Source of the DNA: a virus | Taxonomy: Duplodnaviria; Caudoviricetes | Virus record (IMG/VR): IMGVR_UViG_3300030331_004412 | Span: 1 to 56,692 of that record | DNA: 56,692 bases | Strand: one strand, 5' to 3' | In this document: piece by piece, positions 18,971-30,000 of the stretch | Layout of the letters: every line of letters begins with the position of its first letter | How positions within the stretch are numbered: position 1 is the first letter of the stretch | Notes under the pieces: generated by a model | What the model was told of the DNA's origin: nothing | Database searches by the model: none | The model's input: the letters and a program-made list of their open reading frames with translations, nothing else | Position numbers and translations under genes: made by a program

Positions 18971-19377
18971 TGGGAACGGTAAGAGCCTCACTTAGTCTCT
19001 CTACCTCTACGGTTATGACGTCTCCGATTAGCATCGGAGTCAACATGACCATCAATGCTGACTCTGGTCATGTCCAGCGTGTCAAGGTTCTTGGTACCGC
19101 AGCTGGAAGCGACGCCATCACCGTCTATAAGGCAAGCGACAAACTTGAGAATGCATATCTGTACATCAAGAACATGTCTGCTGAAAAAGAGAAGTACATC
19201 TTTGTGTATGCTGACTCATCCTCTGACGACCCAGTAGTTATGAAAATTGGAGGGGGAGAGTTCGCTTTTGTCCCTGCAAAGAATGATCAGACGATGAAGG
19301 CGTACGGGACAGATGTTGATCAGATGGTTGAATACGCTGTGTTTGGTTTGGATAGTTCAGCAGTAACACTCGCATAA
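18970..19377 (+). CDS. Small beta-rich putative virion protein
   Basis: 135 aa; YLYIKNM and KIGGGEFAFVP motifs. Confidence 0.65.
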   Translation: MGTVRASLSLSTSTVMTSPISIGVNMTINADSGHVQRVKVLGTAAGSDAITVYKASDKLENAYLYIKNMSAEKEKYIFVYADSSSDDPVVMKIGGGEFAFVPAKNDQTMKAYGTDVDQMVEYAVFGLDSSAVTLA

Positions 19378-19387
19378 AAACAAGCCC

Positions 19388-19744
19388 ATGGCAAATCTTT
19401 CAAATCCATCTACAGCAAACCAAGCCTTGTTTGGCCAGCTTGGGTGTTCGTTTACAAACACCAACACTCAGATCACACCTCCTACAGGTATGGTTATCGT
19501 TGCTATTCAGTTTTTGGCTGACACCACGTTTGATGAACTTTCTCCTGAGAACGGAACATCAGGCAAGTCTTTTGGTGATGCTACTAACGAAAAGGGTAAT
19601 GCAGCTTCAGGTGGTCAGATCATTAATGCTGCTGCAGATTCTAACCTCACAGTTTTCCCAAAGGGTCTTACGATTTACGGCAGATGGGAATCAGCAACCA
19701 TTGACGCTGACGCTGACGGCGGCATCATTTGCTACTTCGCGTAA
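19388..19744 (+). CDS. Putative virion structural protein
   Basis: 118 aa; VAIQFL.DTTF..L and FPKGLTIYGRW pattern. Confidence 0.65.
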   Translation: MANLSNPSTANQALFGQLGCSFTNTNTQITPPTGMVIVAIQFLADTTFDELSPENGTSGKSFGDATNEKGNAASGGQIINAAADSNLTVFPKGLTIYGRWESATIDADADGGIICYFA

Positions 19745-19767
19745 TATGAAATCAAAAATTAATTTAA

Positions 19768-20886
19768 ATGGAGGATAACAACCCAACAGAAGGCGGTACG
19801 TTCGAGATCTTTGATTCTGCAGCAGAGTTTCAGGCTAGCATGGCTCAGTCAGAAGCTGCACCAGCAGAGGCACCCCCCGAACCACAAGCTCCTGTAGAGG
19901 AGCCAGCAGCAGTAGAAACACAAGAGGCTCCTATTCAGGAGTCTCCTGTCGTTGAAGCTGATTCTGCGCCCGCCGAACCACAACAAGAAACTTATACAGA
20001 GCCTGTCCTTGAACAAGAGCAGGCTGTCGCAGGTGAGGACTACAGCGACCAAGAAATTGAAGGAGCCGTCATGCAGTTCCTGAGCGAGAAGCTCGGACGT
20101 GACATCAATTCTTTCGATGACTTGGCCCCCGTGTTGGAGCCTGCATCACCGCTCGATGAAAGAATCGAAGCTATTTCTAAGTTCGTCCAAGAGACAGGAC
20201 GTTCTCCGCAAGACTGGTTTACCTACCAATCATTGAACCCGTCCGAGATGGACGACATGATGGCTGTACGTGTAAGCATGGCTACGGATTACAAGGATCT
20301 GGACTCTCAAGAAATAGAGCTTCTTTTGAAGAGCAAATACAAGCTTGACACGTCCCTGTACACAGATGACGAGGTTAAGCTTTCACAGCTTCAGCTTAAG
20401 ATGGATGCTGCAAAATCAAGGGAGAAAATCTCTGGTCTGAGAGAGACTTACAGAGCACCCGAGGTAGATAAGCAAAGTCAAGAGATTGAACCTATTGTTG
20501 ACGACGAGTGGATTGCCAACATGCGCGAATCTGTTAGCGGCATCGACGGTCTAGAGTTTTCTCTGGGTCAAGATACATCGTTCACGTTTGGCCTTGATGA
20601 CAACTACAAGTCTCAACTCATGGATAAGAATGCTCGTCTTGATGAGTACTTCGATCCATACATTCGGGATGATGGTAGCTGGGACGTTGACACCCTTTCA
20701 TCTCACAGAGCGCTGATTGACAACATCGACAGCATTGCCCAATCTATCTATAGAAAGGGGCTGAGCGATGGTCAGAGAAGCTTGGTGGATAAGGCTGCGA
20801 ATGTTCAGGCTAACACCCCACAAGAACAAAAGACCGATAATCAAGACCCTGTTATGGCCCAGATCAGACAATATATGATGGGTTAA
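19768..20886 (+). CDS. Putative capsid scaffolding/assembly protein
   Basis: Very acidic, Pro/Glu/Ala-rich N-terminus, helical; immediately before the capsid gene. Confidence 0.6.
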   Translation: MEDNNPTEGGTFEIFDSAAEFQASMAQSEAAPAEAPPEPQAPVEEPAAVETQEAPIQESPVVEADSAPAEPQQETYTEPVLEQEQAVAGEDYSDQEIEGAVMQFLSEKLGRDINSFDDLAPVLEPASPLDERIEAISKFVQETGRSPQDWFTYQSLNPSEMDDMMAVRVSMATDYKDLDSQEIELLLKSKYKLDTSLYTDDEVKLSQLQLKMDAAKSREKISGLRETYRAPEVDKQSQEIEPIVDDEWIANMRESVSGIDGLEFSLGQDTSFTFGLDDNYKSQLMDKNARLDEYFDPYIRDDGSWDVDTLSSHRALIDNIDSIAQSIYRKGLSDGQRSLVDKAANVQANTPQEQKTDNQDPVMAQIRQYMMG

Positions 20887-20907
20887 GGGTAAAGACTTAA
20901 AAGTAAA

Positions 20908-22299
20908 ATGGCAACTATTGCTTCAACAACTCTGGAACACAACTCAGTGCCAAATACACTGGCGCTGGATCCCAGAAACTATAAGGCTCTTGGCGACTTT
21001 CTTACTGACTCTTTCAATAAGCCTGACGTCAGAGACCTTCTGATTAAAACATACGGTGATCAAGGTATCACTGGATTCTTGACGCTCACTGGTGCTGTCA
21101 ACAGCGGCGGCTCTGCCGACCAAGTTGAATGGTTCGAGGAGGCGCGTCGTCACAGACTGTACAAGGCTACCACTGGTGGTACGCTTGCCGCTGGTGTCAA
21201 AACAGGCACCTTTGTGTTTGACATTAACCCACAGAAGTACGATGTCTTGATGAGCACCGCAACTGGTGACAAACTCATTATCACTTCTGACCAGACTGCA
21301 ACTACTGGCGGAACTGTTGACGTCGCTCACTTGACTGATGCTACTTCTACTTTGGTCGTTGGTAACAATACAGAGTTTGTTTACCTCGGTAACATGTACC
21401 CACAGGGTAGCGACCAGCCAGACTTCTTCTTCGAGACCTCTCCCGAGCGTCGTAAGAACCCATACATGATCGTAAAGGATCGTTATGAAGTCAACGGCTC
21501 ACAGGCCACCAACATCGGATATGTGAATATCGGTAACGGTGACTACCGCTGGTTTATGCACGGAGAGATGGAAGCTCGCAAGCGCTTCATGGACCGTCGT
21601 GAACTTATGATGCTGTTCGGCGATCAGTTGAGCAGCGCAGCAAAGGGAGCTTACAGCACTGATGCAGAGAAGCTCGCTGGATCTACAGGTTACTTCTCAG
21701 CTATTGACGCTCGCGGTATCGAGGTTACTGGCGTGGGTTCTGACCCTCTCGATTCTTTTGGAGAGTTTGATTTGATCCTTACCGAGCTCGACCGTCAGGG
21801 CGCTCCTTCTGAGTACGCTATGTACTTGAACAGAAAGCAGTCTTTGGCTATCGACGATATGCTCGCTGCAGGTATCGCTACTTCTGTTACTGGAGGTTTG
21901 CCTGCTCAGTTTGGTGCATTCCAAAACAATGCAGACATGGCCGTACAGTTGGGCTTCAAGAGCTTTACTCGTGGTGGATACAGCTTCCACAAGCACGACT
22001 TCAAGCTGTTGAATGATCCTACTCTCCTCGGCGCTGTCACTACTGGCGGTGTTGCTGGTGCTATGGTTCCTTTGACGAATGTCGCTGACGCTCGTACAGG
22101 CATCAAGGCTCCTGCTTTGGAGATGTGCTACAAGGAAGCAAACGGATACAGCCGCGAGATGGAGCACTGGGTAACTGGTGGTGGCGTTTTGGGTCACAAC
22201 AATAACGGAGACTCTGGTAAGGACACTGCTGTGTTCCACTACCGCTCTGAGATTGCTTTGGTGACTCGCGCTGCGAACCAACACGTATTGCTCAAGTAA
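20908..22299 (+). CDS. Major capsid protein
   Basis: 463 aa after the scaffold; biased codon use; followed by a strong hairpin; V.W.EE.R, GF..F.RG.Y.F.K and YRSE..L motifs of crAss-like capsid proteins. Confidence 0.8.
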   Translation: MATIASTTLEHNSVPNTLALDPRNYKALGDFLTDSFNKPDVRDLLIKTYGDQGITGFLTLTGAVNSGGSADQVEWFEEARRHRLYKATTGGTLAAGVKTGTFVFDINPQKYDVLMSTATGDKLIITSDQTATTGGTVDVAHLTDATSTLVVGNNTEFVYLGNMYPQGSDQPDFFFETSPERRKNPYMIVKDRYEVNGSQATNIGYVNIGNGDYRWFMHGEMEARKRFMDRRELMMLFGDQLSSAAKGAYSTDAEKLAGSTGYFSAIDARGIEVTGVGSDPLDSFGEFDLILTELDRQGAPSEYAMYLNRKQSLAIDDMLAAGIATSVTGGLPAQFGAFQNNADMAVQLGFKSFTRGGYSFHKHDFKLLNDPTLLGAVTTGGVAGAMVPLTNVADARTGIKAPALEMCYKEANGYSREMEHWVTGGGVLGHNNNGDSGKDTAVFHYRSEIALVTRAANQHVLLK

Positions 22300-22313
22300 T
22301 AACTAACTGACGA

Positions 22314-22344
22314 AGGAGAGGGGGTGCCTAGCGCCCCTTCTCTT
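22314..22344 (+). terminator. Stem-loop after capsid gene (stabiliser or weak terminator)
   Basis: aggagagggggtgc-cta-gcgccccttctctt, ~14-bp stem with G-U pairs, short U tail. Confidence 0.55.
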
Positions 22345-22364
22345 AGTCGTAAACACTAAAAGAT

Positions 22365-22832
22365 ATGGCTACAAATATTTTTAATAAGGGGTCAAACAGT
22401 GTTTCTCGGTCAGGTATTATCGTAGATGCTTTTGTTGATAACGATTCAACAACGATTGATATTGAGCAGCCAGCCAACAGCATTTTGACTAAGGCTATTG
22501 CTCATGTCGTCGAAGCGGGTGTCTCTACTGGTAATGCCGACTGGGGGTACAAGGTTGGTACTACTGGTGACGATGATAAGTTTGCTATTGATGCAGATGG
22601 GTTTGATGCTTCTGGCACAGGTCCTGCTGCTGACACTGTTGTCGTTTGCATCCCCGCATCAGGCACCGTCGAAAGCAAGTCATTTACTGCCGCTACTGCT
22701 GGAACAGCTGCTGACGGTTACTCTAGCGTAGCTAGAAAGATTCGTTGCACAGCCACTTGCGGTAACGTGACTTCTGTTGACCAAGCTGGTAAGGTTGCTT
22801 TCACCTTGTTCTTTGATGTTCTCCCTAGATAA
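22365..22832 (+). CDS. Putative auxiliary capsid/decoration protein
   Basis: 155 aa, beta-rich, directly after the capsid gene. Confidence 0.5.
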   Translation: MATNIFNKGSNSVSRSGIIVDAFVDNDSTTIDIEQPANSILTKAIAHVVEAGVSTGNADWGYKVGTTGDDDKFAIDADGFDASGTGPAADTVVVCIPASGTVESKSFTAATAGTAADGYSSVARKIRCTATCGNVTSVDQAGKVAFTLFFDVLPR

Positions 22833-23263
22833 TGGCAAAGTTTACAAACGTTAAGTGCTCTGAAGAGGCACTTGTAGGTGGGGCCCTTGAAGCTAGAGGA
22901 GCTGCTAAATTGCGTGGAGGCTTGATTGAATCAATCGAAGCTGTTGATCTTGACGCTCAAGACGGAAGTCTTTTGGCGGCAACTATCAATAAGGGGCTTT
23001 TGGTTTACACCTCAGTGACTGGAGGTGGAACTCTAACGTTAGACACAGCGGCTAACATTATTTCCACTTGTGGGCTTGAAAAAGACAATGACACAATTAA
23101 GTGCTATGTAGTTAACGATGGTAACCAAACAGTTACTGTCGCCGTGGCTGCGGGCACCACTATTGCCGATACAGGACAAACTATTGGCAACAACGAAGCT
23201 GCAATTATCTTGTTCCGAAGAACTGCTTCTGACGCGGTAGTAGCTTACATCATTGGAGCGTAA
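22832..23263 (+). CDS. Putative head fibre/decoration protein
   Basis: 143 aa; TLTLDTAA.I and V.N.G..TVTV..G pattern. Confidence 0.5.
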   Translation: MAKFTNVKCSEEALVGGALEARGAAKLRGGLIESIEAVDLDAQDGSLLAATINKGLLVYTSVTGGGTLTLDTAANIISTCGLEKDNDTIKCYVVNDGNQTVTVAVAAGTTIADTGQTIGNNEAAIILFRRTASDAVVAYIIGA

Positions 23264-23283
23264 TAGATACTGATATCTGAAAT

Positions 23284-23308
23284 AGGCCCTGCGGGGCCTT
23301 TTTCTTTT
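23284..23308 (+). terminator. Rho-independent terminator
   Basis: aggccc-tgcg-gggcct followed by ttttctttt. Confidence 0.8.
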
Positions 23309-23311
23309 GTC

Positions 23312-23319
23312 TATATTTG
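23312..23319 (+). promoter_or_regulatory. Bacteroidota -7 promoter element (TATATTTG)
   Basis: 5 nt before ATG 23325. Confidence 0.6.
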
Positions 23320-23324
23320 TGGCA

Positions 23325-24560
23325 ATGGACAAGTTCATCATATTTAAATTGAAAGACGTTACCCCAGCAGGGGCCAGCCTCTCTGATGACGGGACTGGCA
23401 TTGAGATCATTTCTTTGCCAGTAAAGTCCATTTCGTATATGACTGCTTCCACGGGCAAGGTCAACATCTTTTACAATGATGTTTCTGCCTACGACGAAAG
23501 CAATTTGAGCACGGGGGAGTCAACTCAAAAATCATTCGTCACGATAAGTTGTGAGGCGGGGGAAGAGTTTACAACCATTGAAAGCATATCGAACTTTTCT
23601 GGTTTGACCACAACTAGCGATGCCCTCATCTTTGACGCTGACGAAATAGGCACCATCAATGCTGTTGTGCATGCCCACCCCGTCAACAGGGTTACTGGCA
23701 AGGCGAGTGTTATCACAGACAATTCGTTCACTGCTGTGTCTTCCAACACAATCAATGACATCAACTTTGGGTCAGTTGAAAACAAACCAATCCTAGATCT
23801 AGACTTTAGAAATGCTGTTTTTAACGGCACCCTATCTAGTGGTGCTAGCGGAAACATCTCTGCTTTGGTTAATTCTGGTACGGGTGGTTCGTCTTTTAAC
23901 TTTGCAAGCGTTACTGGTGACGTGACTCAGCTAGCTGGCAGTATTAGTAGCAATATAAAAGACTCAATAAACACGGGTAGTTTTCTTACGAGCTCTTACA
24001 TCTCGCTAGCTAATGAGCTTACTGTTCATAATGACTACACGATGTATATGGTGTATGCGAATGGCGTTTCTGCTACAACAAAACAAGCTCCGCTTATCTA
24101 TGGGGTTGATGCAGGTGACTCCAGTGGAGGTATTGGTGTTTTCCCTAACTCGCGTGAGATCATAAAAACAAACATTGACAACAAAATCGGCATTCAGCAT
24201 AACGAAAGGGTTGGTGATGCAGCTCTTCAAGACACGTTAGTGAGCTTAGATGAGGTTACCCCTTGTGTTGTTGTAATTAGAAGAGATGATGATTTTAACA
24301 TCTCTGGATACAACGCAAATGGAAACTTGTTATTTTCTATTCCTGCCGTCATAGGTAAAGCTTCAGACACAGGCGTTCCAATCGTTACAAGCGGGGCTAC
24401 TGACGGAGATTTATCCATCCGCCACATTGGAACTGTTAGCGAAAACACCACGCTTTCTTTTGAAGGAAAGCTTGCGCGTTTTGGTGTTATCGAAAGAGAC
24501 ATCGGATCTTTTGAGTCTCAACGCCTTGCTAAAGACCTTTTTGACTTCTATTCATTCTAA
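23325..24560 (+). CDS. Putative virion protein with C-terminal LamG/ConA-like domain
   Basis: DYTMYMV...FEGKLARFGV pattern; start moved from TTG 23307 to ATG 23325. Confidence 0.55.
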   Translation: MDKFIIFKLKDVTPAGASLSDDGTGIEIISLPVKSISYMTASTGKVNIFYNDVSAYDESNLSTGESTQKSFVTISCEAGEEFTTIESISNFSGLTTTSDALIFDADEIGTINAVVHAHPVNRVTGKASVITDNSFTAVSSNTINDINFGSVENKPILDLDFRNAVFNGTLSSGASGNISALVNSGTGGSSFNFASVTGDVTQLAGSISSNIKDSINTGSFLTSSYISLANELTVHNDYTMYMVYANGVSATTKQAPLIYGVDAGDSSGGIGVFPNSREIIKTNIDNKIGIQHNERVGDAALQDTLVSLDEVTPCVVVIRRDDDFNISGYNANGNLLFSIPAVIGKASDTGVPIVTSGATDGDLSIRHIGTVSENTTLSFEGKLARFGVIERDIGSFESQRLAKDLFDFYSF

Positions 24561-24575
24561 TTAAATACATTCATC

Positions 24576-25415
24576 ATGTCTGAACAGACTACAAAGCGTC
24601 GTGCTGGACGACCCAAAAAACCAGCCTCTAATCAAGTGGTTGAGGTAGTTGAACCTAAGGTGACTACTAAAAAGCCAGTGATCCGTCAAAATCAAAAAGC
24701 CCCACAACATAGGCTTTACGAGTTGATTCGTGGTGGCGGTGTGGTTACAATCTTACGCCAGAAAGAAATTCAGATATACGACGAAGATCTTGGTAAGATT
24801 AGAAATCTTAGATACTGCCCTCGCGAAAACTCTGTATATGCAGACGAACAAAGCGATGTGGCTGTGCGTGAGGCTGTTATTTTTCGCGAAGGAAAGCTTC
24901 TAGTCCCCAAAGAAAAGCCAAACCTCATGGCCTTCTTGGATCTGCACCCTGAGAATCAAGCCAATGGAGGCAACATGTTTCGATTGGTTGACGACAAAAA
25001 GGATGCAGAAAAAGAGCTTGCCAAAGAGTTTTCTCAATCCGAAGCCATTATGATGGTTCGGGAAAAGGACATTCAAGAATTACTCCCCATAGCTTTGTAC
25101 TACGGCATTAGTATCAACAGAGCAACGTCTGAAATTAGGTACGATCTTCTGCAAACGGCAAAGAAAAATCCTACTGGTTTCATCGAGGCGTTTGACTCTC
25201 CCGAAGTATCGACAAGAGCTATTGTGACACAGGCGTGTGACTATCAAATCATCAGCGCCAAGAGCAGCGGGGTGCACTGGTTCGATAGCAATCAGCTAAT
25301 TGTTTCTGTTCCAGCAGGCATGGACCCCATAGATGTTATGACTAGATTTTGCCTTACGGACAAGGGCGCTCCTGTCCTAGACAATCTAGAGTCGCAGCTA
25401 CAGAGGCTAGCGTAA
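24576..25415 (+). CDS. Hypothetical head-tail region protein, N-terminal AT-hook-like motif
   Basis: RRAGRPKK; RNLRYCP...S...DEQ; FL.LHP.N..NGG..F. Confidence 0.6.
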   Translation: MSEQTTKRRAGRPKKPASNQVVEVVEPKVTTKKPVIRQNQKAPQHRLYELIRGGGVVTILRQKEIQIYDEDLGKIRNLRYCPRENSVYADEQSDVAVREAVIFREGKLLVPKEKPNLMAFLDLHPENQANGGNMFRLVDDKKDAEKELAKEFSQSEAIMMVREKDIQELLPIALYYGISINRATSEIRYDLLQTAKKNPTGFIEAFDSPEVSTRAIVTQACDYQIISAKSSGVHWFDSNQLIVSVPAGMDPIDVMTRFCLTDKGAPVLDNLESQLQRLA

Positions 25416-25418
25416 GAG

Positions 25419-25448
25419 AGAGGCCCTTCGGGGCCTCTTTTGTTTTTG
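25419..25448 (+). terminator. Rho-independent terminator (UUCG tetraloop)
   Basis: agaggccc-ttcg-gggcctct followed by tttgtttttg. Confidence 0.85.
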
Positions 25449-25456
25449 TATATTTG
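25449..25456 (+). promoter_or_regulatory. Bacteroidota -7 promoter element (TATATTTG)
   Basis: 4 nt before ATG 25461. Confidence 0.65.
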
Positions 25457-25460
25457 CTTC

Positions 25461-26222
25461 ATGATTAGTGTCATTGAAGTATACAATGCCGTACGTGATT
25501 TAGCCAACAAGGATCAGAAGGGTTTTGTAAGTCCAGAGATGTTTAACTCTCTGCTCCCTTCGGCTCAATCTGCCATCTTCAGAAAGATTTACGAGTCAGC
25601 ACTTCAGGGTAAGGCACTAAGAAGAGCTGGAGGAGATCTCGGTGGGGAGGACTCGCTTTACCTGAAGGCTAAAAACTTTCTTTCAGAGTACATCGATACT
25701 CAAACACTACAGCCTATTCGTAGAGGTGCGTCTTCATTTTATGAGGATTCGACTGTATTTAGAAAGCCTGAAAACATTCATAGAATTATTTCAGTATTTG
25801 CAGACACGAGTGAGTTTGGGGTTACCAACGTAGACCTAATCTACAACTCAGAAAAAATCAGTCGCATCCTAAACAGCAATCTATCTGCTCCTACTGGCGC
25901 TTTTCCAGTGGCTCTTATTTCTAACGAAATTGAAGTGTTCCCGTCTGCTATCGGCAGTGTGAACATCAACTTCTACAGAAACCCCACATCTAGATTTGAG
26001 ACGAGCTCAAGAGTAATCAGGGTTGGAGACATTGACACTAAAAGGCAGCCATCATATTCTGCTGAAACAACAGCAGGCATTGTTATTCCAAACCCACCAA
26101 ACTGCAGGGGGTTTGATCTCCCCGCAGAGTTCAGAGATGAAGTCATTAAAGAGATTTGCAAAATGATTGGAGTGTCCCTTAGAGATGGCGTTCTCATTGG
26201 GTATGGCAGCGATGCACAATAA
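25461..26222 (+). CDS. Putative tail ring/head-tail connector protein
   Basis: VY..V..LANK.Q.G.VSP..FN....AQ start; I.FYR.P; F.LP.EF..E; start moved to ATG 25461. Confidence 0.6.
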   Translation: MISVIEVYNAVRDLANKDQKGFVSPEMFNSLLPSAQSAIFRKIYESALQGKALRRAGGDLGGEDSLYLKAKNFLSEYIDTQTLQPIRRGASSFYEDSTVFRKPENIHRIISVFADTSEFGVTNVDLIYNSEKISRILNSNLSAPTGAFPVALISNEIEVFPSAIGSVNINFYRNPTSRFETSSRVIRVGDIDTKRQPSYSAETTAGIVIPNPPNCRGFDLPAEFRDEVIKEICKMIGVSLRDGVLIGYGSDAQ

Positions 26223-26229
26223 CTGAAAC

Positions 26230-27087
26230 ATGGCGTACAAGGATATCTCTACAGAAGGAATGAACTACGTCACCTTAAGGCAGGTGATGGATGACTTTAT
26301 GCTTGGCGTTGACGTAGACGACTACATCTCTAGTGTAAATGACGCGATGCTTAGAAACATCGCTCTTCGTGGCATCAGGGAGTTTGGGTTTGATATCAGC
26401 AAGCGCATCAAATCTTTGAAGACGTCGATTGCATCCAACAGCACGGTGCCCCTGCCCAGCGATTACGTAGACCTTTTGAAGGTTGGGATTGTCGATGGTG
26501 ACGGAATCGTATATGTCTTGAATCAAAACAAGAACATCAACTATTCGCGAAAGAAGGACAGCACAATTACGCCTGTGCAAGACAAAGACGGGCCAATGTA
26601 TTTATCTCAAAATGAGGTAGAAAACAGATTGGACGACAAGACTTCAACGGCTGGTGCGGAAACCATCTCAAATGATGACCCATTTGAATCTTATGTTTTT
26701 CGGAATTACATCTACGAAAACACTGTAGGCGGGCTGTATGGTGTTGGTGGTGGCCACGGTGTAGGTGAGTACAGAATTAACCTCGATCAAAACAGACTTG
26801 AGATCGACACCACTGGCGATATTTCAGAGGTTGTAATAGAGTACATTGCTGACGAGGCTCGCAGCTCAAACCCTTTGGTTCACGTCTATCTTGAGGAAGC
26901 GTTGAGGTCATACATCTATTACAAGCTTTGCGAAAGAAAGTCTACGGTACCTGCTAATGAAAAGGCTAGGGCTCGACAGGAGTATTACAACGAGCGTCGC
27001 AAAGCGAATGCACGGATGGGCAACTTCAACAGAGATGAAGCCCTGAGGACGATCAGAAAGAATTACAAGCAGGCACCTAAGTACTAA
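26230..27087 (+). CDS. Tail tubular/ring protein
   Basis: LP.DYV..LKVG, V.IEYIAD, EEAL.SYI.Y motifs of crAss-like tail tubular proteins. Confidence 0.65.
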   Translation: MAYKDISTEGMNYVTLRQVMDDFMLGVDVDDYISSVNDAMLRNIALRGIREFGFDISKRIKSLKTSIASNSTVPLPSDYVDLLKVGIVDGDGIVYVLNQNKNINYSRKKDSTITPVQDKDGPMYLSQNEVENRLDDKTSTAGAETISNDDPFESYVFRNYIYENTVGGLYGVGGGHGVGEYRINLDQNRLEIDTTGDISEVVIEYIADEARSSNPLVHVYLEEALRSYIYYKLCERKSTVPANEKARARQEYYNERRKANARMGNFNRDEALRTIRKNYKQAPKY

Positions 27088-30000
27088 TGATTGATAAGGT
27101 ATTTCCAAGAAAGCTCAACTCCAGCAAAGACACTAGGCTTCATGCCAAAGATGAGATGTTGGACGCTGTCAACATCACCATTGATGAAAATAGCGGGGAG
27201 ATCGCAGGTGGCGTAGAAACAGCCAGCGGAAACTTCGGTGTTGTGAAGCCCGTCAAAGGAAACACTGCCGTAACTGCAGGGGATAGCCATAGTTTGGCTG
27301 TGGGTTCGAAGGTCATTGGAAGCTGTAATGACAATCGTGCAGGGCGTATTTACTACTTCGTGTACAGCCCAACAGCTTCTGAGAGTGGGGTTTACTACTA
27401 CGAAACATCCACCAACAGCGTCAAAAAACTTATCGCTTCAGACCTCTTTAACTTTAGGGGTAACTCTTTCGTTGATGGCAACATCGTATATGTGGCTAAT
27501 TCAGACACCGCGGTCGGAGCCACTGACCTAAAGCCAGTTTTGTTCTTTACAGACAACAAGACTGAGCCAAAAAAAATTGATATTCAGAGAGTTGCTGAGG
27601 CTGGGACTGGTGTAACGTTCTTAGACTTTGTTTCTGTGTGTCCTCGCACGCCGATCGACCCACCTGTATGGACGTTTCAAAGTGACACAACACGCAAGGT
27701 CAGCAACTTCAGGGGCGAAAGAGGGTTTCAGTTTGCTTATCAAAACATCTACAAGTCTGGAGACGTAAGCGCTTTGAGCACGTACTCTACACTCGCGATC
27801 CCCTCTGCATATCTCAATCAAGGAACAGTAAGTAACCCCAACTTTTTTGCCGAAAACGTAATCTCTATCCAGATTACTCCTGACGCATTTACCAGCGAGG
27901 TAGCTCGTGTGCGTGTTTTGGCTAGGATTGGAAATAGCGGTAGTTGGTTTGTAGTTGACGAGCAGCCACTAACCGACCCGACCGCAACCTTTCAGTCTGA
28001 TTTCTACAACGATCAGATCTACAGCGTTCTGCCTGAAGCAGAAACTCAAAAGCAGTTTGATTCAGTTCCCAAGAAAGCTAGGACGCAAGACGTTACCAAC
28101 AACAGGCTGTTCTATGCCAACTACGTTGAGGGCTTTGATGTCCCTGAGGTTAGTGCAACCATACAGCATAATTTTGATGCTCGTCCACAAGATTTTATTT
28201 CTGTCAACCTTGAGCTAATCCCAGAAATTAGGCAGGTAAACTTCGCCGAAGGCGTAGCTGGTGATGCTGGAGATGTTTTTGATGATTTTGGTGAGCCAGT
28301 ATCGTTCAACTCAGACGAATGTCGCAACAGGGTTACGGTATACAGAGTAGACAGCAGCCAATTGCCGAACACTGTAGAGGCAAACACGCAGGTAATTTTC
28401 AACGTATCTCTATCTCCTGAAAACAATTTTCATTTTTACGAGTCTCGCGACAGTATGCACAGCAGTGCAGAGCTTAGGAGAATGGAGAGTGTGGTAGATG
28501 GAACTGAAAGCCATATTATGGCTAACAATCTGCAAAACTCTTTTATTACCGCAGATTTTGATAATGGTGAAAACGTTGGGATGGACCCTGTGGGGCGGTC
28601 TTTTTTCAATGGGCAAAAGCAAGGTGGCTTTGAGACATCTTTTGCAGCCAGACCAAGAGAGGGTATTACCACAAGTCCCTTTGGCCTTGTGTCAGGTTCA
28701 GACAGTGCTTTTCCTCGGTGGGCAACGCTGTCACCGCAGGATATCACACCCCTTAGAGTGGCGTATGGCACGTCAGCACAAAACCCATTTATCCTTCAAG
28801 GAAGCTCTTGTCAGTTTTCGGCGTCCTTCGTAACGATCGCAGAAATGGGGAAGGAGACTCTCGTCTCGATTATCAAGGACATGCTGTCTAACAACACTGG
28901 GGAAAACTCCTCACTATTTGAAGTGCAGGATGTAAGCGGGTCTAGCGTAAGTGTTCCTTTGGTTGAGATTGTTTCATTAGAAAACAGACACACTTACAAT
29001 ATTGACCTGAACATTCAAAACAAAGACAAAATTGGAGTTTATACTTCAAATGACTACAGGTCTGATCTGGTCGTTGCGGTAGGAGATCACTCTGTTCTCA
29101 GCGGAGGCGATGCCCGACAGCTTCCTCCGTGTGGGTACTTCATTGTCAATAAAGCAACACCCACTGTTGGCTTGCGTGATGTAACCCCGCTTTTTGCTTT
29201 GTCGCAGTATGGTCAGGCCGACGACACCTTTCTTGCTCTTGACCTCATAGATATTGCAGATTTTCAGTATATGACGTGCATCCCTGATGTTGCCATGGGG
29301 GAAAGCCTTGATACAAATCTCATCAATATTTCGGCGGCTCTTGCCTCTTCATTTACTGGCGCTGGTGTCGATAGTGGACTTTACTCTTGGGGAAACATCT
29401 TTGACGGTTGGAGGTGTTTTGATGTAACATACATGACCAGTCCCAATGGATTTAGCACTTTGACTGCTTCTGAGTTAGGTGCGCTTGAAGGGGTCAGTGG
29501 TTTATTTAAGCACAACGCAAGAGAAATTTTTGACATCCTAAGTAGCGGAACTTTTTCGTTTGACACCAATCCTCAGGCAAACAATCAGCCAAACCTTCTC
29601 CATCCAAACCTAGCCGTCAATTATGCTGACGCAGGCATTGGTACGTCAAGCGGCGCCTTGATACCTCTTACAGCATCAAATCTATATGCTGCTCGTGCAC
29701 AGGAGTTAGGTTTTGACATCCAGTCTCGTAACGCGCAACAGATTTCTCGGTGGCTTGGATACTTGATCCCTACGCAGGCTGCCGTCACAACCAGTGGCTT
29801 TGGAGCGTTTACATTTACAAACGTTATAGGCGGGAGGCTCATCTTTACTTTTGAAAACTTTATTGATGAGCTCTTAAATACTGTAGAGGTTCCCTTTGAA
29901 AGTGAAGATGACATAAACGAAGTTAAAAATAACCCATACTCGTATTACAAGTATGCATTCACGATGCTTGATGGCGAGGGTGTTGTTGGTGGCAGCTCTG

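Noticed and set aside
21697-22284. 195-aa antisense ORF in the capsid gene, and similar ones at 38586 and 39261
   Set aside because: Shadow ORFs expected from codon bias of the sense gene; no motifs
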